Source: a virus. Taken from it: a stretch of DNA of 64,000 bases. A model generated the notes under the pieces. It had not been told where the DNA came from and made no database searches. It was given only the letters and a program-made list of their open reading frames with translations. Below, piece after piece: positions 60,401-64,000 of this stretch. The translations under genes and the position numbers were made by a program. Position 1 is the first letter of the stretch. Every line of letters starts with the position of its first letter. Location of the stretch: the IMG/VR virus record IMGVR_UViG_3300027822_000294, one strand, 5' to 3'.

Positions 60401-60772
60401 TGGACTTTGCCTCATCATTCCGCCCATTATACCACTAGCGTCTAATGCGGAAAAGAAAACATCGCCCATTTTTGTAGGGTCAAAATCTTTTGCGGTTGGT
60501 AATTTTGATAAAATAGGTTTAATTGCTTTTGTTACAATATTACTTTCTTTATCTTTAACTGGAACAATATTATCTAATTTGGTAATATTACTACCCAAAT
60601 TCTTATCTATTAAATTAAAAGTTTTTATAAATGGTTTTTGAATATTGGATACAGATTTATTATTTTTTGATATATTTTCAGATACAACTTTAATAAACTT
60701 TTCCGTTCGTTGAACCAAAGGCTCAACGGCTTTTTTTAAATTATTACTTAATTCTTTTTGAGAGTTATCCAT
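57482..60772 (-). CDS. Tape-measure-like protein with phage tail lysozyme domain
   Basis: Periodic LLWxG helical repeats, GLYKLHKGEEV motif, AQGIIANIEAESSF...GGLFQH...QIDYAFTE. TATAAATA at 60780-60787. Confidence 0.7.
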   Translation of the reverse strand: MDNSQKELSNNLKKAVEPLVQRTEKFIKVVSENISKNNKSVSNIQKPFIKTFNLIDKNLGSNITKLDNIVPVKDKESNIVTKAIKPILSKLPTAKDFDPTKMGDVFFSALDASGIMGGMMRQSPALMLATSFIAKKGHSLMEGLREKRVPKEDGIKKIPIKDNKEKEKQISQPSFIKEKEVENIKETSFNDTDLNILSSILNNIYNTLRDILNSVHRSFSFSKDTVQADEHNLLAQREATREQSNALQLALGGIAGAGTSTIIEGDNIKKMGGMFSSGIMGIKNTFMTGASKLVKAIASPTGALVAGVAAVGLATFGAVKALKRTGEITGKQEENITALDKTLVGTAGALSGLTLGLVKTETMYKGIQWVGDWFKKFPVFLEKLPQMFSIVIKKSVDWILGFFQKFQEFIPELRNMIVNIATWFVKVFKNIIKLSLKLLWELIKNLPKMLLGVLKLSFVIFKNVVILLGQLLWESVKMILKGLLNIPKLLWNGIKALPDLLWKGLKLYFEILKGFFFTLPMMIMKLFLKLPMLLWKGLTKFGSWIWKKFISLPTLIWEKLQGIFTGIVDAIKTVIATIPGVKTEDEKEMNKLREELDDTRGENQKEVIIKIIDKARDIGTKKGLRQITKKEDEEERQLTDKERAEIIDKEVVKAQLEWLEEIRGVQNLMLRPLRWLGVGGKEIEQKGIADLNKKIQTLERGKSIPQSSSTTQEIKVIGQKEKGGVIYKTGLYKLHKGEEVIPSDTVNNLTPSIFSDKLTKNFIPAMASFLMVTSSGILQPQNNFNTFNNNINSPENSKLSTIINKHIIDPFEKLFKIESRDTSSKKITTFNINNINKSSSISDKNDTFTDMANKFNPLRIFPSLKRKEPNKNDIYNYLINNKGTTPLQAQGIIANIEAESSFRTGAMGDSGTSGGLFQHHNTRFEGMKNYVGGDNWKQDWRGQIDYAFTEREMKKYLLREIKTISEATSYFVRDFEKPKNTNFEIKKRIKIAKLNQEKLTLNPQKQSFQQQYTMRSNIPTVISPLEKQYMMLQQREAQRDTLKLQQATEESQVTSGGNNLVSANNNNTNNVSTNTINVSDSTGLNDTLMNIHKFIN

Positions 60773-60790
60773 CTTGTCTTATTTATAAAA

Positions 60791-60858
60791 AGAGGTCAGA
60801 AAACTTAGTTTTCGTCTCCTGACCTCTCCATAAAAGGTTGGGGATTCCCCAACCTTTT
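60791..60858 (-). terminator. Two adjacent hairpins between the gp51-like and tape-measure genes
   Basis: AAAAGGTTGGGG-att-CCCCAACCTTTT (60832-60858) and AGAGGTCAG...CTGACCTCT (60791-60827). Confidence 0.65.
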
Positions 60859-61073
60859 TACTTTCTATTTTTAACTTTTCTTTCTCTATTCAACTTTTCT
60901 GTCTTTTCATTCTCCTCTTTTATCCATTGTTGAAGTAAAGCTATATAAATTTCTCGCTCATAAGGTATCATATTATCTAATTCATTTAAACTATACTTAT
61001 AGTGTGTCATTAAAGCAAAATTGATTCTATAATAAAGTACCAAACTGTTATAGCCAACGCTTAGGTGAAAAAA
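60858..61073 (-). CDS. gp51-like chaperone frame, probably reached by -1 frameshift from the gp26-like gene
   Basis: Frame is open upstream of the TTG as FFHLSVGYNSLVLYYRINFALM...MIPYEREIY. T TTT TTC heptamer at the gp26 end. No SD. Confidence 0.7.
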   Translation of the reverse strand, partial: FFHLSVGYNSLVLYYRINFALMTHYKYSLNELDNMIPYEREIYIALLQQWIKEENEKTEKLNRERKVKNRK

Positions 61074-61819
61074 TTTTGCAAACCCTCCAGTACAATTTTT
61101 TCTTCCTCACCACATTTCGGACAAGTATAAATTATTTCTTTTCTAATAATTGGTAATGTTTCAAAAAAAGTTTGTACTTCTTGAAACTGTTTTGTATTAA
61201 AATTCATAAAAAATTCACTCAACTCTGATTTTGATATATCTTTGGCATAATAAACATTATCACCATCATAGATATAATCTACACAATTTAAAATTACATC
61301 TAAAATGGAGTCAAAATTATCCTCCTTAATTTTAGTTAATTTAGGTAATAATTTATAACTTGGATATTTTAATTTTACTCCCATAGTATCAGACAATTTA
61401 ATGACATTATTGTTTTTTTCATTAAAACAAACTTCTATATCATCTACATTTAATTCATAAGGGAAAACTCCAGTACATTCTTCACCACTTTTATTTTTAT
61501 TATTAGGATGACTTAATGTCAACTCTATTACTTCACCAATAGATTTAGCTCTTAATTGTAAAAAAATATATTCTAAATCAAAAAGAGTTAATTCATCAAC
61601 ATTAAAATCTTCGGTTAAAATACAATTATTAATTATTTGTGTTATTGCTCGAATAGTATCCTTTTCATTATTTTGTTGTGTAGCTTGTAATAATATCTTT
61701 TCTTCTTTAACTAAAAAAGGTCTATAAAGTAATTCTTTTTTAGTTGACGGTATCTCTAAAGTATAATTTACAACATCAATCTTTGGTAATTTTACTTTCA
61801 TTGAAGGTATATCACTCAT
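61061..61819 (-). CDS. gp26: gp26-like baseplate hub/tail assembly chaperone
   Basis: YRPFLVKEEKILL, FDLEYIFLQLRAKSIGE, CPKCG...LEGLQNFF. Confidence 0.85.
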   Translation of the reverse strand: MSDIPSMKVKLPKIDVVNYTLEIPSTKKELLYRPFLVKEEKILLQATQQNNEKDTIRAITQIINNCILTEDFNVDELTLFDLEYIFLQLRAKSIGEVIELTLSHPNNKNKSGEECTGVFPYELNVDDIEVCFNEKNNNVIKLSDTMGVKLKYPSYKLLPKLTKIKEDNFDSILDVILNCVDYIYDGDNVYYAKDISKSELSEFFMNFNTKQFQEVQTFFETLPIIRKEIIYTCPKCGEEEKIVLEGLQNFFT

Positions 61820-61821
61820 TT

Positions 61822-62715
61822 TTATAACTCCTCATCTGCTAATTTACTAAAATATTCTAAATCTTTATTACTTGATTCTTTTATTGTTTTTGGAATTGGT
61901 TCTGGAGTCTTTATAAGAGTAGGATTACTAACATTTAAACTATCCTTTTGACCTACATTTTCTTTTACAGTTGGTTTATTATTAAACCTATCAAATTTCT
62001 TTTTAATATTCTCATAAGTCGAGAAATGTTTTTCTAACAATAAATCTTTAATTTTGATTTTACATTCATTTAATTCTTTCCAAAATCTTTTTATATTTTC
62101 TTCTTCTAATGAAGTTGAACTATCAAAAGTTGAAGAATTATAATTGATAAATCCATCAAGTTTTTTACATTTCAATCTAAAATCCGCACCTTCCCAAAAA
62201 TCAAAAACATTTACAGGTTCTTCATCAGGGAATTTTGGGTCTAATTTTTCTTGTATAATATTCATTATTCTTTCACCAAACTTATACATAAAAATTTTCC
62301 CATTATTTTCAGGGTTTGTTGGGTCGTTGACAACCAGTATATTTGAAATATAAATTTTCTTTCTACTATTATTTCTAGCTTCATCTTTTTTATTAGTGTC
62401 CCACAACATTCTATTATATTCACATACCGGACATTCTCGTTTTATTGTTGTTGGACAATTTTCAATAAACCATTTATTATTTTTTTTACAAATATGACGG
62501 TAAAAAGTTATAAATGGTAAAGCGTCTTCTTTGATTGACGGTAAAAACCGGATTATAGCGTAACCGTTATCTTGCTTATCCCTTTTCAAACTCCAAAAAA
62601 TCTTTGAACTTAAAATATCTTCTGGATATGATGTACCTTCTTTCATCACCTTCATATTTTCTTTCAATTTTTTTAAACCACCTCTTTTCTTTTTTAATTC
62701 TGCTAGACTATTCAT
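61822..62715 (-). CDS. gp32: Single-stranded DNA-binding protein gp32
   Basis: GYAIIRFLP, WFIENCPTTI..CPVC, KFGERIM, FDFWEGADFRLK, YFSKLADE. Confidence 0.93.
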   Translation of the reverse strand: MNSLAELKKKRGGLKKLKENMKVMKEGTSYPEDILSSKIFWSLKRDKQDNGYAIIRFLPSIKEDALPFITFYRHICKKNNKWFIENCPTTIKRECPVCEYNRMLWDTNKKDEARNNSRKKIYISNILVVNDPTNPENNGKIFMYKFGERIMNIIQEKLDPKFPDEEPVNVFDFWEGADFRLKCKKLDGFINYNSSTFDSSTSLEEENIKRFWKELNECKIKIKDLLLEKHFSTYENIKKKFDRFNNKPTVKENVGQKDSLNVSNPTLIKTPEPIPKTIKESSNKDLEYFSKLADEEL

Positions 62716-62727
62716 TTGTGTACCTCC

Positions 62728-62940
62728 TTATTTTTTTAATAATCTTTTATTTCTACACTCAGTCAAAAACTGAGCTTTAATATCTTCATTTAATATACTA
62801 CTTATTACAGAAAAATCAACATCGAATTTTTCCATAACTAAAATAATTGCTTCCATTAAATCAGAATTATTTACTTTCTGATGTTTGATAATTTCTTCAT
62901 TTACTGTTTGATGGAACAATTCAACGGATAACATATTCAA
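62728..62940 (-). CDS. gp33: Late transcription coactivator gp33-like
   Basis: About 70 aa, MEAII..EK.D.....I...IKAQF..E...R.LK pattern, upstream of gp32. TATAAATA at 62944-62951. Confidence 0.65.
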   Translation of the reverse strand: MNMLSVELFHQTVNEEIIKHQKVNNSDLMEAIILVMEKFDVDFSVISSILNEDIKAQFLTECRNKRLLKK

Positions 62941-62988
62941 CTTTATTTATAATAAAAGTAGGATTTTTTTTTGGAAAAAATAAATTTT

Positions 62989-63255
62989 TTATTTTATAGG
63001 GTTAGAAGAATTGTCCATATCAATTCTATACTTTTCATATTCAGACAATATAAAAATTGCTTTTTGTAATTCTTTTAATAGAAGTTCTTTTGTCTGAATT
63101 TTTGGTATTTGTGGAACAGGAAGCTCAGGCAAAGGAGTTTGAACATAAATTTGTTTATAAACAATAGTTGGCAGTTCTTCTATTTTATTTTTAGTAAAGA
63201 ACGCACAAGATGTAAATAAAATAATAAAAGTTGTTGTTAAGATTATTTTGTTAAT
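62989..63255 (-). CDS. Lipoprotein (o-spanin-like) with ATT start, absent from the ORF track
   Basis: SD AAGGAG 9 nt before ATT, signal peptide with lipobox LFTS-C, Pro-rich segment. An in-frame TAA upstream excludes other starts. Confidence 0.6.
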   Translation of the reverse strand: MNKIILTTTFIILFTSCAFFTKNKIEELPTIVYKQIYVQTPLPELPVPQIPKIQTKELLLKELQKAIFILSEYEKYRIDMDNSSNPIK

Positions 63256-63271
63256 GTCGTTGTACTCCTTT

Positions 63272-63499
63272 TTACAAAAATTTTTTTAATTTATTTTCTA
63301 ATTCCTTAACTCTGTCATTCATTAATTTCATTTTTTTTTCTACTGATTCATTAGTTATTTCTACTTGTTTAACGTTTTCTAATTTATCTTTTAAATTTTC
63401 TGTCAAATATTCCGATTCTTTCGTTTTATTTTTGGATACATTGACTAAAATCTCTCCAACAACAGGAAGTAAAGTTTTAAATATCGTTAAAAACCCCAT
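63272..63499 (-). CDS. Small coiled-coil protein, possible lysis/spanin partner
   Basis: Hydrophobic N-terminus plus coiled coil, directly upstream of the lipoprotein. Confidence 0.45.
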   Translation of the reverse strand: MGFLTIFKTLLPVVGEILVNVSKNKTKESEYLTENLKDKLENVKQVEITNESVEKKMKLMNDRVKELENKLKKFL

Positions 63500-63500
63500 C

Positions 63501-63998
63501 TTACCCCTTTAAATATTCCTTTTCTTTTTCTCGTTGCCTTTTAAATTTTTCTTCAAAAGCTAACTCTTCTTCGGGTAATTCTTCTTCTTCTATTAAATTT
63601 ATTTCTTCCAATAAATCTAATTCTTCATCTTCTGTTTCATCTTCCGTTGTTCCGGTGGTAAGTTTTTCAAATAATCTACTTACAGAAGTTTTTAATTTTT
63701 CAACATCATCTTTTATAATATCCGAATGAGATTGTTTTACAGGTTTTTTATCAAAATCAAATAAAGAACGCACATCTTTTATTAAATCAATAATATTTAT
63801 TATTTCATCAAATAAAGGTATTCTATCTGTTACTTTACCAACTATTCTATCTTTTGTATTATTAAGTAGTGTTCTTCTTCTTTTTCTTAATCGCTTAATT
63901 AAAGAATCTCTATTTCTTATTTTTTTAATTAACGCCCATCTTTTTTTTCTTAACCGTTTAATTAAAGAATCTCTCTCTCTTAACTTATCAAATACAGT
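63501..63998 (-). CDS. Hypothetical protein, 5'-truncated by the window edge
   Basis: Frame is open from 63998 through the GTG at 63773. Basic RDSLIKRLRK x2, then an acidic C-terminus. Confidence 0.65.
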   Translation of the reverse strand, partial: TVFDKLRERDSLIKRLRKKRWALIKKIRNRDSLIKRLRKRRRTLLNNTKDRIVGKVTDRIPLFDEIINIIDLIKDVRSLFDFDKKPVKQSHSDIIKDDVEKLKTSVSRLFEKLTTGTTEDETEDEELDLLEEINLIEEEELPEEELAFEEKFKRQREKEKEYLKG

Positions 63999-64000
63999 TT

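Noticed and set aside
2320-62353. Numerous short + strand ORFs (e.g. 43496..44107, 59001..59555, 33809..34015 on -)
   Set aside because: Antisense to well-supported genes or derived from low-complexity repeats, with no SD or recognisable motifs.
1-64000. Stop-codon reassignment
   Set aside because: Core genes are full length in code 11, and TAG (regA, nrdJ) and TGA (tnpB) occur at expected gene ends.
1-64000. tRNA or rRNA genes
   Set aside because: No T-loop/cloverleaf or rRNA-like GC-rich segment was found by eye in the intergenic gaps. tRNAscan was not run.

Overview
A very AT-rich segment of a large T4-like myovirus genome, read in genetic code 11, with almost all genes on the - strand. 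It carries the T4 replication, recombination and late-transcription core (gp61, gp41, uvsX, gp43, regA, gp62/44/45, uvsY, gp46/47, gp55, gp32, gp33). It also carries class II RNR (nrdJ), terminase gp17, neck gp13 and a baseplate/tail module (gp26/51-like, tape measure with a lysozyme domain, a VrlC/DUF4815-like protein, gp53, gp27-like hub, gp5, PAAR). Many TATAAATA late promoters and several TTGACA-N16/17-TAGTAT early promoters are present. Accessory content is unusual: four tnpB genes with no visible transposase, each of the three visible left flanks having TAAATA shortly upstream; an intact Asd plus a catalytically dead Asd paralog inside the replication operon; five DNA methyltransferases; a glycosyltransferase; a lipase plus non-specific nuclease pair; a NAL1-type protease after the PAAR gene; and a 1.2 kb repeat-rich non-coding region. 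Features missed by the ORF track include a probable -1 programmed frameshift joining gp26-like and gp51-like frames before the tape measure, an ArfA-like small ORF, an ATT-start lipoprotein (o-spanin-like) and a structured RNA upstream of gp47. All family assignments come from motif recognition by eye, not from database searches.
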